From: Candidatus Latescibacterota bacterium
GTDB lineage: Bacteria; Latescibacterota; UBA2968; UBA8231
Assembly (NCBI GenBank): GCA_965243025.1
Contig: CBDETY010000003.1
Coordinates: 192,001 to 256,000, forward strand
Length of the DNA: 64,000 nucleotides
Direction: 5' to 3'
A program made the translations under genes and the position numbers. Of the stretch, positions 22,512-32,554 are shown in pieces (positions within the stretch are counted from its first letter, which is position 1; every line of letters starts with the position of its first letter). Under the pieces are notes generated by a model. The model made no database searches. It saw nothing but the letters and a program-made list of their open reading frames with translations, and was not told where the DNA came from.

Positions 22512-24541
22512 TCGCAGCCGTGCGAATGATCCCGGTGTTCCTGGTCGCGCACCTGGCCGCGTGCGCCCCCAAGTGGGTGGTCCACGACGATCCCGGGCCC
22601 GTTGCCGAGCCTGCCGACTCCGCGTATGCAGATCTTTCGCTCGAGCGCGAGCGGGAGCGGCTGCTCCTGCAAGCCCGGTGGCGTCATCTTCGCGCCCTGG
22701 AAGAGATCGCCGCCAAGCGGTTCGAGTTGGCTCAAAGGGAGCTCGACAAGGCGTTTTTCACTCTCACGTCCCTGCAGCAGGAGGAGGAGGGCGAAGAAGC
22801 GCGGGGAACCCCCTCAGGCGAGCTTCCACCGGCTGCCCCGGTCCCGGTCCGGTATTCCGGGCCGGCGCCGTATGCCGAGGATGTCGACAGCCTCGCGGCC
22901 GCGGTGGAGCGCACCTACCTGACGCTGGTCCCCCACCTCGAGACTCTGTCCCCAGACAGCCCGGTATCGATACTGCTGCAGGGATTGCCCGAAGAGCGCA
23001 TCGAGGACCTTCCACCCGACGCCAGCCAGATGGTCCGCATCCACAAGGTCACGCCCCGGTGCGACATTCCGATCGACTACAACCCGCGGGTTGCGGCAAG
23101 CATCCATTTTTTCCAGACCAAGGGCCGCAAAAGCTACGCCAGCTGGATGCGCCGCTCGGGCCGGTACCGCGACATGATTCTCGACATCCTGAGCAGCGAG
23201 GGACTTCCCCTCGACTTCTTCTATCTCGCCATGATCGAGAGCGGCTTCAACCCGCGCGCCTATTCCAGGGCCAAGGCGGTGGGGTTGTGGCAGTTCATGC
23301 TCGGGACCGGACGCCTCTACGGCCTTGACCGGACCCACTGGGTCGACGAGCGCCGCGATCCGGAGAAGGCAACGCGCGCCGCCGCCCGCCACTTGAAGGA
23401 CTTGTACGGGCAATTCGGAGACTGGCGGCTGGCCGCGGCGGCCTACAATTCCGGAAAGGGGCGCGTTTCGCGGGCGATCGCAAAGGCTGGCAGCCGCGAT
23501 TTCTGGGAGTTGAAGCTGCCGAGGGAGACGCGCAACTACGTGCCGCTGCTGATGGCGGCGACGCTCATCTCCAAGAACCCGCGGCTTTTCGGGCTGGAGC
23601 ATCCCCCCCCCGAGACCCCTGCCGACGTCGAGCAGGTGCGGCTCTCGGAACAGATGCACCTGCCGACGGCGGCGCGCCTCTTGGGAATCGACTACCAGAG
23701 GCTCCGGGACCTCAACCCGGAGCTTCGGCGTCAGTGGACGCCACCCGGGAAACAGTATTCCCTCCGGGTACCGGCCGGGAGCGGTTCCTCCTGGCTGAGG
23801 GCCTACGCCCGGCTCCCCGAATCGAAAAAACCCGGGGTCGACCGGTACGTAGTTCGCCGCGGGGACAGCATTTCGTCGATAGCAGCCGCCTTTGGGGTCG
23901 GCATTCGCGCCATCGCCGAAGCCAACGGGTTGCGAAATCCCAACCTCATCCACCCCGGACAGAGCCTGTTCATCCCCGTGCCCTCCAAGACCGCACGCCT
24001 GCGCGCCACGGCAAACCCGGGCGGCTCGCGCGGGGGCCAGACCATTCACACGGTTCGTCGGGGAGAATCGTTGAGCGCAGTGGCGCGTCGGTACAGGGTC
24101 GTTGTGGCCGACTTGAAACGCTGGAACGGGCTGCGAGGCGACCTGATCCGGCCGGGAGACAAACTGCGGCTCGAGATTCCGGCTTCGACGAGCCCTCCCC
24201 AGACCCTGTCCCAGCTGTCGACCCGGGGAAAAACGGTGCACCGCGTCCAGCCAGGGGAAACCTTGTGGGGGCTGTCGCGGCGCTACCGTATCGATCTGGA
24301 CGACCTGATTGCCTGGAACGGGCTCACCGACTCGACGATCAGGCCGGGGCGGGATCTTGTCGTCGGGTCGCCAGAGGATGGCGGCTTCGACCTCTACACC
24401 GTCATCAGCGGAGACACCCTCCACAGCATTGCGCGCCGCTTCGGCACCGACGCGCGTGCCATTGCCCGCGACAACAACATGAGCCAGTCGACGACGCTTC
24501 TCACGGGGATGACGCTCAGGGTTCCATCGCAAGTGGACTGA
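22508..24541 (+). CDS. mltD: Lytic murein transglycosylase with four LysM domains (MltD-like lipoprotein)
   Basis: LAAC lipobox, MIESGF, AVGLWQFM, AAYNSG, PRETRNYVP; four (Y/H)xVxxG(D/E) LysM repeats. Confidence 0.9.
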   Translation: MIAAVRMIPVFLVAHLAACAPKWVVHDDPGPVAEPADSAYADLSLERERERLLLQARWRHLRALEEIAAKRFELAQRELDKAFFTLTSLQQEEEGEEARGTPSGELPPAAPVPVRYSGPAPYAEDVDSLAAAVERTYLTLVPHLETLSPDSPVSILLQGLPEERIEDLPPDASQMVRIHKVTPRCDIPIDYNPRVAASIHFFQTKGRKSYASWMRRSGRYRDMILDILSSEGLPLDFFYLAMIESGFNPRAYSRAKAVGLWQFMLGTGRLYGLDRTHWVDERRDPEKATRAAARHLKDLYGQFGDWRLAAAAYNSGKGRVSRAIAKAGSRDFWELKLPRETRNYVPLLMAATLISKNPRLFGLEHPPPETPADVEQVRLSEQMHLPTAARLLGIDYQRLRDLNPELRRQWTPPGKQYSLRVPAGSGSSWLRAYARLPESKKPGVDRYVVRRGDSISSIAAAFGVGIRAIAEANGLRNPNLIHPGQSLFIPVPSKTARLRATANPGGSRGGQTIHTVRRGESLSAVARRYRVVVADLKRWNGLRGDLIRPGDKLRLEIPASTSPPQTLSQLSTRGKTVHRVQPGETLWGLSRRYRIDLDDLIAWNGLTDSTIRPGRDLVVGSPEDGGFDLYTVISGDTLHSIARRFGTDARAIARDNNMSQSTTLLTGMTLRVPSQVD

Positions 24542-24548
24542 CGTCGCT

Positions 24549-25031
24549 GTGCTCGACCTGGTACGGCAGATCCTGTTCCTGTGCCTGGCGTTCGTGGTAC
24601 AGACGACATGGCTTCACCACCTCCGCATTTTCGAGGTGTTTCCCGACGCCGTCCTCCTTGTTATCGTCTTCATAGCCCTCCGGTCGGGAGCGGTCAGGGC
24701 GACCCTCCTCGCTTTCGGTGCCGGCTTCGTGCAGGATACTTATCTTCCGGCGGAGCTGGGGTTGAACGCCTTGGCCAAGTCGGTCACAGCCTTTGCCGTC
24801 GCCACCTTTCGGGGCCGCGTTCTGGCGGATGCTCCGCGAGTTCAGGTGATGGTCATCTGCGCTGCCGTCCTCGTGCATGATCTGATTTTCTACGCTGCCC
24901 ACGGCGGGGTCCCCTTGTTCGAGAAGCCGTATTTCTGGCTGCGTTACGGACCGGGCCGGGCACTCTACACCGGCATCGCCGCCGCCCTCGTGGTGTTTCC
25001 TCTGCGGGTGCTCCGGCGCCTCCCCCTGTAA
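24549..25031 (+). CDS. mreD: Rod shape-determining protein MreD
   Basis: hydrophobic 160 aa, PD..L, F.AGFVQD, GLNAL; upstream of mrdA. Confidence 0.85.
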   Translation: MLDLVRQILFLCLAFVVQTTWLHHLRIFEVFPDAVLLVIVFIALRSGAVRATLLAFGAGFVQDTYLPAELGLNALAKSVTAFAVATFRGRVLADAPRVQVMVICAAVLVHDLIFYAAHGGVPLFEKPYFWLRYGPGRALYTGIAAALVVFPLRVLRRLPL

Positions 25032-25049
25032 TTCCAGGCTGAAGCTGCA

Positions 25050-26825
25050 ATGGACCCGGTGACTCACGGAGAGTGGATGACCAAGTTCCGCGTCCTGGTC
25101 ATCGCGGTCGCCATCCTGTTCACAGTTCTCCTCCTTCGGCTTTTCCATCTGCAGGTCAGGACCTTCGCCGACTACGCCAAGGAGTCGGAGGACAACCGCA
25201 TCAACCAGAAGCGGGTCAAGGCCCCCCGGGGCCGCATTCTCGATCGGCAGGGACGCGTCCTTGCCCGCAATCGGGCCTCCTACACGGTCTCGTTGATCTC
25301 CTCGTCGTCGCAGCGCAACGCCGAAACCATTGCCGCACTCGAAAGCGTGCTCGGTGAAAGAATCCCGTTGCCTGCATCCGAGGAGCAGTTCAAGCGACTG
25401 AAGCGGGACGTCGATTTCGAGACCGTGTGCATCGTCGAGGAACGCCTCATGGACAACTGGCCACTGGCGATCGCGATCGAGCCGCAGCGACAGTATCCGC
25501 AGGGCCAGGCTGCCTCCCATCTGCTTGGGTACATGGGGCAACTGCCCCCGAACGCCACCGGGAAGTTGCCGTCGGGCCGTTACGTCTCGGGGGATTACGT
25601 CGGAAGGAGCGGGGTGGAAAAGGCCTTCGAGGACACCCTGCGCGGCTGGGACGGGGTCCGCTACGTGGAAGTGGATGCCAAGCTCCGCATCATCGATGAA
25701 TTCCCCTTTCCCGACAGGGAACGGCCTCCTGCGGGGGGTCGCGACCTGGTACTCACCCTGGACCTCGACATTCAACACGCAGCCGAAGCCGCCTTTCCGG
25801 ACAGCCTGGCGGGCAGTATCGTGGTCCTCGACCCCCGCAACGGGGCGGTGTTGGCGATGGCCAGCCGGCCGACTTTCGATCCCAACGTTTTCGTGTCGTT
25901 CAAGTTCCAGCAGGATCGGCTGCGTCTGATGTCCAGCGACAACGATCTGCTGAATCGCTCCCTCCACGGGCAGTATCCACCCGGTTCGACTCTCAAGATG
26001 GTCGCCTCGGTAGCCGCTCTTGAAGCGGGAATAACCGACACAATGAGCACTTTTCCCCCCTGCCGGGGTACCTTGCGGGTGGGGGACACGGACTTCCGCT
26101 GTTTCAACCGCAGGGGCCACGGGGCCCTCAACCTGCTGGAAGCGACAGCGACCTCCTGCAACATCTACTTCTATCACCTCGTACAGCGACTCGGCATGAA
26201 AGCGTGGTACGCAACCGCCTCCCGGTTGGGGTTCGGCGCTGCGACCGGATTTCACGGGCAGTTCATGGAGAGAACGGGCCTGCTGCCCTCTCGCGGCTAC
26301 TATGTCGAAAACGAGGGGTGGTGGGCTACCGGGCACCTGCTGAACCTCGTAATCGGACAGGGCGCCTTTCTGGCGACACCGCTGCAGATGGCCCGGTACG
26401 TCGCGGCCCTTGCAAACGGCGGTTACCTCGTCACCCCCCATGTTCACGGTCCGGCCCCGCAGCCGAGGAGAATCGAGGGGATTTCCAGTAGCACGCTGAA
26501 CATCGTCAAGGAGTCCATGCGCCGCGTCGTGTTCAGCCCCGGGGGAACCGGGAGGAGCCTGCGCCTTGACGGCCTCACAGTTGCCGGAAAAAGCGGAACC
26601 GCCCAGGCCGGCAGGGGGGACGACGCCTGGTTCATCGCCTTCGCCCCTTTCGACAAGCCCGAAATTGCCGTGGCCGTGGTCGTCGAAGGAGGCGGAGGGG
26701 GAGGAGCCGTGGCCGCCCCGGTGGCGCGCGCGGTTTTCGAGGCATGCTTCCAGGACAGAATCGCGGCGGCCGCCCAGCGGTCGGCCCCGGTGGCAGGCGG
26801 GAGCGGAAGGAGCCCGGGAACGTGA
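25050..26825 (+). CDS. mrdA: Penicillin-binding protein 2
   Basis: APRGRILDR, YPPGSTLK (SxxK), SCN, KSGTAQ. Confidence 0.95.
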   Translation: MDPVTHGEWMTKFRVLVIAVAILFTVLLLRLFHLQVRTFADYAKESEDNRINQKRVKAPRGRILDRQGRVLARNRASYTVSLISSSSQRNAETIAALESVLGERIPLPASEEQFKRLKRDVDFETVCIVEERLMDNWPLAIAIEPQRQYPQGQAASHLLGYMGQLPPNATGKLPSGRYVSGDYVGRSGVEKAFEDTLRGWDGVRYVEVDAKLRIIDEFPFPDRERPPAGGRDLVLTLDLDIQHAAEAAFPDSLAGSIVVLDPRNGAVLAMASRPTFDPNVFVSFKFQQDRLRLMSSDNDLLNRSLHGQYPPGSTLKMVASVAALEAGITDTMSTFPPCRGTLRVGDTDFRCFNRRGHGALNLLEATATSCNIYFYHLVQRLGMKAWYATASRLGFGAATGFHGQFMERTGLLPSRGYYVENEGWWATGHLLNLVIGQGAFLATPLQMARYVAALANGGYLVTPHVHGPAPQPRRIEGISSSTLNIVKESMRRVVFSPGGTGRSLRLDGLTVAGKSGTAQAGRGDDAWFIAFAPFDKPEIAVAVVVEGGGGGGAVAAPVARAVFEACFQDRIAAAAQRSAPVAGGSGRSPGT

Positions 26826-28036
26826 AGGCGGCTCGCGATTTCGACCTGCTCCTGATTGCGCCTGTCGCGGCGATGGTCGTCTTGGGGGTATTCATGATCC
26901 ACAGCGCCGCCAGCGGCTCGGACGTCTGGATGGATCAGGCGCTGTTCGCCTTCTGCTCGATGCTGGCTGCCGCCCTTATCGTCTACGTGCCGGAGCGCCT
27001 CGTCTACGGGTTGGCGTACCCGGCATACGGTTGTTCGCTCCTTCTGCTGGCCGCAGTCCTTGTCTGGGGCGCGGGTGAACCTGCGCGCTGGCTTGCCATC
27101 GGTCCGTTTCGCCTGCAGCCGAGCGAGTTGGTAAAAGTGACCACCGTGCTCGCCCTTGCCCGCTGCCTGGGGGACACCAACGCCGAGCAGATCAACGGCG
27201 CCAAGCCGTTCGTGATGGTCATGGCGCTTATCCTCGCCCCGATGGGCCTGGTCGCCAAGCAGCCGGACCTGGGTACCGCCGTCGCCATGGGCGGGTCGTT
27301 GTTCTCGATGATCTACTGGGCGGGGATGAGGCCCTCGCACATGATCATCATCATCGCTCCCGTGCTCAGCGTGATCTTCTCGTTCGAGCCGTTGTGGGGG
27401 CCGGACAACGCCGTCATCCTGTACGCCTTCTTCATCATCGCCAGCTCGATCGGCATCCACCTGGTGGTGGCGCGGCTGTGGGCGACCCTGGCCCTGCTGG
27501 CGGTCAACCTGACCGCCGGGTTGTACCTGTGGTCGGAGGTCATTCGCGATTACCAGAAAACCCGCATCCTGACGATGCTCGATCCGGAGAGCGACCCGCA
27601 CGGCGCCGGCTGGAACATCATCCAGTCCAAAATCGCCATCGGGTCGGGGGGCCTGACCGGCAAGGGATTCCTCGAAGGAACGCAGGCGAAGTACGAGTTC
27701 CTTCCCGCGGCCCACACCGACTTCATCTTCTCCGTCATCGGCGAGGAGCTCGGTTTCGGCGGCGTTCTCCTGGTGTTGACGCTGTTTCTCGTCGCAATCT
27801 GCCGCTCACTCTACATCGGCACGATGGCGAGCAACCGGTATTTCAGCCTGATGGCGATCGGCCTGGCGTCGATGTTCACATTCCACGTTTTCGTCAACGT
27901 CGGCATGACCATCGGGGTGATGCCGGTGACCGGACTGCCGCTTCCGTTCCTGAGTTACGGTGGCTCTTCGCTGCTGGCGAACTGGATTGCCATCGGCCTG
28001 CTGCTCAACGTCTACACCCACCGGAACGAGTACTGA
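26822..28036 (+). CDS. rodA: Rod shape-determining protein RodA (SEDS glycosyltransferase)
   Basis: LQPSE, QPDLGT, QSKIAIGSGG, HTDFIF..EELGF, PVTGLPLPFLSYGGSS. Confidence 0.95.
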   Translation: MKAARDFDLLLIAPVAAMVVLGVFMIHSAASGSDVWMDQALFAFCSMLAAALIVYVPERLVYGLAYPAYGCSLLLLAAVLVWGAGEPARWLAIGPFRLQPSELVKVTTVLALARCLGDTNAEQINGAKPFVMVMALILAPMGLVAKQPDLGTAVAMGGSLFSMIYWAGMRPSHMIIIIAPVLSVIFSFEPLWGPDNAVILYAFFIIASSIGIHLVVARLWATLALLAVNLTAGLYLWSEVIRDYQKTRILTMLDPESDPHGAGWNIIQSKIAIGSGGLTGKGFLEGTQAKYEFLPAAHTDFIFSVIGEELGFGGVLLVLTLFLVAICRSLYIGTMASNRYFSLMAIGLASMFTFHVFVNVGMTIGVMPVTGLPLPFLSYGGSSLLANWIAIGLLLNVYTHRNEY

Positions 28037-28039
28037 ACC

Positions 28040-29125
28040 GTGCTGCGCGCCGCGCCCCTGGTGTTTTCCCTGACCGGTGTTTTCGTCATCGAGAACCACT
28101 GCGGCGGCACCGCCGTCGACCACGAATTTCTCGCCCGTCGCTTTCTCGAGCAGGGTTACTACGAGCGCGCCTTGCTGGAGGCGGAGAGAGCGCGGCGGGA
28201 GGATGGCGAAGCCACCGTGCCGCGGCTGCTGGCCTCTCTGGCCCATCTCGGGCTCGAGGATGTAGAAAGCGCCGTGGAGCAGCTGCAGGGCGCCATCCTG
28301 ATCGAGCCGGACAACCCCCGCCTGTTCGCGACCTTGCGGGAGATCTGCCTCCAGGAGGACCGGCTCGACCTGGCGCGTGACGCCCTGAAAGAGCTGCGCG
28401 CAGAGTACCCCGACAACTGGCACGTCCGCGCCGGGCTGGGGTGGGCCCATCGGGGGCTGGATGAAGAGGGGGCCGCCCTGGAGCTCCTCGAAGAGGCGAT
28501 CGCCCCTTCAGACAGCATCGACAGCGGCGCCCGGGACTTCGCCCTGGTCCAGCTCGGCAGGATTTACCTGCGGCAGGAACGCTTCGAGGACTGCGCCGCG
28601 GTGCTGCGGAAGGCGCTGCCGGGCGGGGACGAGGAGTACACTCTGCTGCTGCTGGGGGAATGCCGCCTCAGGCAAGGCCTCGAAGAGGATGCCGGGCTCC
28701 GGTTCGAGGAGGCCCTGGCGGCTTCGGAGGCACCGGCGGCGACCGCCTCCCACATCGCCATGATCTACTATGGGATCGGGGCGCGGCAACGGGCAATCGA
28801 GTACTACGAGCGTTCCCTTCGAGGGGAGGAGACGCCGCTGACCCTCAACAATCTCGCCTGGCTCTACGCCGAGGAAGGGGTAGAGCTGGAACGGGCTCTC
28901 GACCTGTCGCTGCGCGCCGTCAAGAGCGACCCGGACAACGTCGTCTACCTCGATACTTACGCCGAACTGCTGTTCCTGCTCGGACAGCGTCCGCGCGCCA
29001 CCGCCCTGATGGAGCTCGCCCTGAAGATCGAGCCCCCCGGGGGCGAGCAGTACGATTACCTGTTGGGCCAGCTGGAGAAGTTCCGCGGGGTTGCCGCGGT
29101 TTCGGTGTTGCCCGAAGTCCCCTAG
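28040..29125 (+). CDS. Tetratricopeptide repeat protein
   Basis: repeated TPR helices, LNNLAWLYA..ALDL..DPDN..YLDT. Confidence 0.85.
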   Translation: MLRAAPLVFSLTGVFVIENHCGGTAVDHEFLARRFLEQGYYERALLEAERARREDGEATVPRLLASLAHLGLEDVESAVEQLQGAILIEPDNPRLFATLREICLQEDRLDLARDALKELRAEYPDNWHVRAGLGWAHRGLDEEGAALELLEEAIAPSDSIDSGARDFALVQLGRIYLRQERFEDCAAVLRKALPGGDEEYTLLLLGECRLRQGLEEDAGLRFEEALAASEAPAATASHIAMIYYGIGARQRAIEYYERSLRGEETPLTLNNLAWLYAEEGVELERALDLSLRAVKSDPDNVVYLDTYAELLFLLGQRPRATALMELALKIEPPGGEQYDYLLGQLEKFRGVAAVSVLPEVP

Positions 29126-29289
29126 TGTCCCGTCGCAGAGATAGATTGACAAAATTGGGACGCCGAGGCGCCCGGCTCACAAGGCGCCTGAGCGAGTCGT
29201 ACCGAGGGTGTACGGCGAGCGAAGGCAACGCCGTGAGCCGGGATGGATCGGTGTCCCAATGTCGAGATATTTCTGCGACGGGGCACTAG
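29122..29289. mobile_element. MITE copy 2 (inverted relative to copy 1)
   Basis: reverse complement of 19157-19324 with two substitutions seen; CTAG at both ends. Confidence 0.85.
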
Positions 29290-29294
29290 CCCGG

Positions 29295-30329
29295 CTAGCG
29301 GTATCGCCTGTAATCTATGCGCAGCTGGTTGAGACGCATGTACAGGTGCTTGCGCGAAATGCCGATCGCTTCGGCCACGTGGGTGATCACCCCGTTGTGA
29401 CGGCGCAGGGCACCGCAAAGGAAGCGGCGCTCGAACTGTTTGCGGGCTTCCCAGTAGCTGGTGGCGCCCATCTCGGCCAACTCCTCCTGCTCTTTCCAGG
29501 TGGCGATCTCGGCGGGAATGTCCTCGCAGGTCAGCTCCTCACCGCGCGCGAGAATCACCATGCGCTCAAGGATGTTTTCGAGCTGCCGGATGTTCCCCGG
29601 CCAGGGGTACTGCCGCAGGAACTCGACGGCATCCGGCAGGATGCGCCAGGTTCGGCCCTTCCGGCGGCCCGAACGGGTGAGGAAATGCTCGATCAGCAGG
29701 GGAATGTCCTCGCTCCGATCCCGCAGCGGTGGAAGCTCAATCGGCAAGACGTTGAGGCGGTAGAAGAGATCCTCTCGGAAATCCCCGCGCTTGACCGCTG
29801 CTGCCAGGTCAACGTTGGTCGCGGCGACGACGCGCACGTCGGTGCGCAGGGTGCGCGTGCCGCCGATGCGTTCGAACTCCCGTTCCTGGAGAACGCGCAG
29901 CAGCCGTTGTTGCACCTTTCCGTGGGCGGCCCCGACCTCGTCGAGCAGGATTGTTCCCCGGTGGGCGAGTTCGAAGCGCCCGGGCCGCTGGCGCACCGCC
30001 CCGGTGAAAGCCCCCTTTTCGTGGCCGAAGAGCTCGCTTTCCAGGACTCCCTCGGGAAGGGATGCGCAGTTCACCCGCACGAAGGGCCCCTCGGAACGCG
30101 GGCTGCGACGGTGAATCGCCCGCGCCAGAACCTCCTTTCCGGTCCCCGATTCACCCTGGACCAGGACTGTCGCCTCGGTGCGGGCCATGCGCCCGAGCTC
30201 CTCCAGAATCCGCTGCATGAGGCCGTTGCGCGTCACCATCAAGTCCGGGTCCCCCGGGCCCGAAGGCGCGGTGGAGGGTGGATTGCGAACGGTTACCGCC
30301 TGCCCGGTTTCGATCTCGAAGTACGACAT
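29295..30329 (-). CDS. sigma54-dependent enhancer-binding protein (AAA+ and Fis HTH, no sensor domain)
   Basis: [44 protein letters not shown]; ATG 30329 with purine-rich RBS. Confidence 0.9.
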   Translation of the reverse strand: MSYFEIETGQAVTVRNPPSTAPSGPGDPDLMVTRNGLMQRILEELGRMARTEATVLVQGESGTGKEVLARAIHRRSPRSEGPFVRVNCASLPEGVLESELFGHEKGAFTGAVRQRPGRFELAHRGTILLDEVGAAHGKVQQRLLRVLQEREFERIGGTRTLRTDVRVVAATNVDLAAAVKRGDFREDLFYRLNVLPIELPPLRDRSEDIPLLIEHFLTRSGRRKGRTWRILPDAVEFLRQYPWPGNIRQLENILERMVILARGEELTCEDIPAEIATWKEQEELAEMGATSYWEARKQFERRFLCGALRRHNGVITHVAEAIGISRKHLYMRLNQLRIDYRRYR

Positions 30330-30426
30330 GTCCCCGCCTTTCTCGCAGAGTGTGACCCTGACACCGGCGCGCCGCAGCCGGCCGTGGGCGAAGGGAAGAC
30401 CGCCCTGCGCTCGGTTGCGTGCACGG

Positions 30427-30442
30427 TGCAAGATGCGTGCCG
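30427..30442 (-). promoter_or_regulatory. sigma54 -24/-12 promoter for the 29295-30329 activator
   Basis: CGGCAC-GCATC-TTGCA on the minus strand, ~100 bp upstream of the ATG. Confidence 0.72.
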
Positions 30443-30572
30443 GGCTCTGTTTTTCCCCTCGATCCGGTTTCCTCCCCCTTCCTGCGAGTACTTCCGCCGT
30501 GTCATCCGTCAGACTTTGAGCGGCCGACCGCGGAGGGCGTTGCCGCCTGTCGGAAATCCGGTACCGGGAGGC

Positions 30573-31610
30573 ATGAGTCGAACATTTCGCATCGGCCCCG
30601 AGATGCATTTCACGACAACGGGAACTCGTCAAAACGGGATGACTGCGGTGATTGAAAAGGTGACTGAAAGACACGCCAAGGCAGGAGAGCTGATCGGCAA
30701 ATCCAACGGGCTGGCCGGAGTTCTGGCAGACGTCCGGCGCCTTCTCGGGCTGCCGATAAACGTGCTGATCGAAGGAGAGAGCGGCACCGGAAAGGAGCTG
30801 CTTGCGCGTTCGCTCCACTTCGACGACCCGGGGCGAAAGAAGGGGCGGTTCGTCCCGGTCAATTGCGCCGCCTTGCCTGAACAGTTGCTGGAAGCGGAGC
30901 TGTTCGGCCATCGCAAGGGGCTGTTCACCGGTGCGGACCGCGACCGCGACGGGCTCATCCGGCGCGCCGACCGCGGCACCCTCTTCCTCGACGAGATCTC
31001 GGAGCTGCCGCTTTTTCTCCAGCCCAAGCTGCTCCGCGTTCTCCAGGAACGGGCGGTGCGACCCCTCGGACACAGCGCCGAACTGCCTGTCGACATTCGC
31101 GTGATCTGCGCCACCAACCGCCATCTCCGGAAATCGATGGAAAAGGGGCAGTTTCGCGCCGACCTCTTCTACCGGCTCGCCGAATTCGAGCTCTGCGTTC
31201 CTCCACTTCGCGAGCGGCGCAGCGACATCCTGCCGCTGTCGCACCACTTCCTCGCCCAGTTTTCCGGCCAGTTCGGCAAGGACGGCCTGCTTTCGCTATC
31301 CAGCGAAGCGGCGGCCTGGCTGCAGAGCCGCGACTGGGCTGAGAACAACGTTCGCGAACTGTCGGTGGCCTTGAAACGCGCCGTCCTGCGCTGCGACGGT
31401 CCGGTGCTGCAGCTCCGGCACCTGCTGGCCGACCAGCCCCGGGTTTCGGTCCTCCCCCTGGGATCGCAGCTGCAGATCATGGAGCGCGACCACCTCGAGG
31501 CGGCCCTGCAAAAAAGCGCCGGCAACATCTCCGCGGCGGCTCGATTACTGGGGATGAAGCGCTCTACCCTGTTCGACCGTCTGCGCAAGCTGGGGATAGA
31601 AAAACCGTGA
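30573..31610 (+). CDS. sigma54-dependent enhancer-binding protein (AAA+ and Fis HTH, no sensor domain, GLFTGA variant)
   Basis: [49 protein letters not shown]; ATG 30573 after GGGAGG (alternatives 30603, 30639). Confidence 0.88.
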   Translation: MSRTFRIGPEMHFTTTGTRQNGMTAVIEKVTERHAKAGELIGKSNGLAGVLADVRRLLGLPINVLIEGESGTGKELLARSLHFDDPGRKKGRFVPVNCAALPEQLLEAELFGHRKGLFTGADRDRDGLIRRADRGTLFLDEISELPLFLQPKLLRVLQERAVRPLGHSAELPVDIRVICATNRHLRKSMEKGQFRADLFYRLAEFELCVPPLRERRSDILPLSHHFLAQFSGQFGKDGLLSLSSEAAAWLQSRDWAENNVRELSVALKRAVLRCDGPVLQLRHLLADQPRVSVLPLGSQLQIMERDHLEAALQKSAGNISAAARLLGMKRSTLFDRLRKLGIEKP

Positions 31611-32548
31611 GTCCTGGCGAGTGCCGGGTCTGGCTTGGGGCGGCCGAGCGCCGAATCGACGACCCGTCGCTGGGCAAGTTGCCCGCGGTGCGGCTGATCC
31701 ACATGGAGGGAAATGGCCTGCGCTGTGACCGGCTGGGCCCGGTCTGCTGGTTCTACTGGTACCGCGGGACCTCGCCGACCGAACACCAGATTCAGTGCTT
31801 CGGCGAGATCTGTCGCTTTGCCGGCTGCGATCACTGGATTGCAAGGGAGATGTCGGACAGGGGTTCCGACCCCAACCGGCGCCGGACCTGGAACTCGGCG
31901 AAGGCGCCCCCATCCTGGAGGACGGAGGAACACGGCCTGGCCTACCAGTTGCGCTCCGACCGGGGTCGGTCGCCCGGGCTTTTTCTCGACCAGCGTCGCA
32001 ACCGCCGATGGATTCTCGAAGAGGTCCGGGGCAGCAGCGTGCTGAACCTGTTCGCCTACACCGGCGGCTTCGGACTGTGCGCGGCCCGAGGCGGGGCCGC
32101 CGAGGTCGTCAACGTCGACAGCAGCCGCGCCAATCTCGAGTGGGCCCGCGAGAACGCCCGCCTCAACGGGCTGGAAGGGCACTCCATCGAGTTCGCCGCT
32201 GTCGATGCGCGCCTGTTCATCCGGGGCTGCGGGCGCCGGGGGCGGCGGTTCGATCTGATCGTCTGCGATCCGCCTTCATTCTCGCGCGGCCGCGAGGGGG
32301 TCTTCCGCATCGAACGGGACCTGTTCTCGCTCCTCGCCGACGCCGCTGCCCTGCTGCGGCCCGGGGGAAGGATGCTGGTCTGCAGCAACTACGAGAAGTG
32401 GACGGCCCTTCGGTTCGAGCAGGTAGTTGCGGACGCGCTGAGGGGAAAGGGTGCGGTTCTGAAGCCGGCTGTCGAAGCGGATGCGGACTTCGAGGCGCCG
32501 GGAGCCGAGCGCATCCTCAAGTCGGTGCTGGTCGCTGCGGCCGGGTGA
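31607..32548 (+). CDS. Class I SAM-dependent methyltransferase, RlmI/RlmK-like
   Basis: GLFLDQR, VLNLFAYTGGF, FDLIVCDPPSF. Confidence 0.85.
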   Translation: MSPGECRVWLGAAERRIDDPSLGKLPAVRLIHMEGNGLRCDRLGPVCWFYWYRGTSPTEHQIQCFGEICRFAGCDHWIAREMSDRGSDPNRRRTWNSAKAPPSWRTEEHGLAYQLRSDRGRSPGLFLDQRRNRRWILEEVRGSSVLNLFAYTGGFGLCAARGGAAEVVNVDSSRANLEWARENARLNGLEGHSIEFAAVDARLFIRGCGRRGRRFDLIVCDPPSFSRGREGVFRIERDLFSLLADAAALLRPGGRMLVCSNYEKWTALRFEQVVADALRGKGAVLKPAVEADADFEAPGAERILKSVLVAAAG

Positions 32549-32554
32549 GGCCCG

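Noticed and set aside
29208-31610. The 800-aa and 650-aa overlapping ORFs as full-length proteins
   Set aside because: The extensions are antisense read-through of the opposite activator gene; real genes start near 30573 (+) and 30329 (-)
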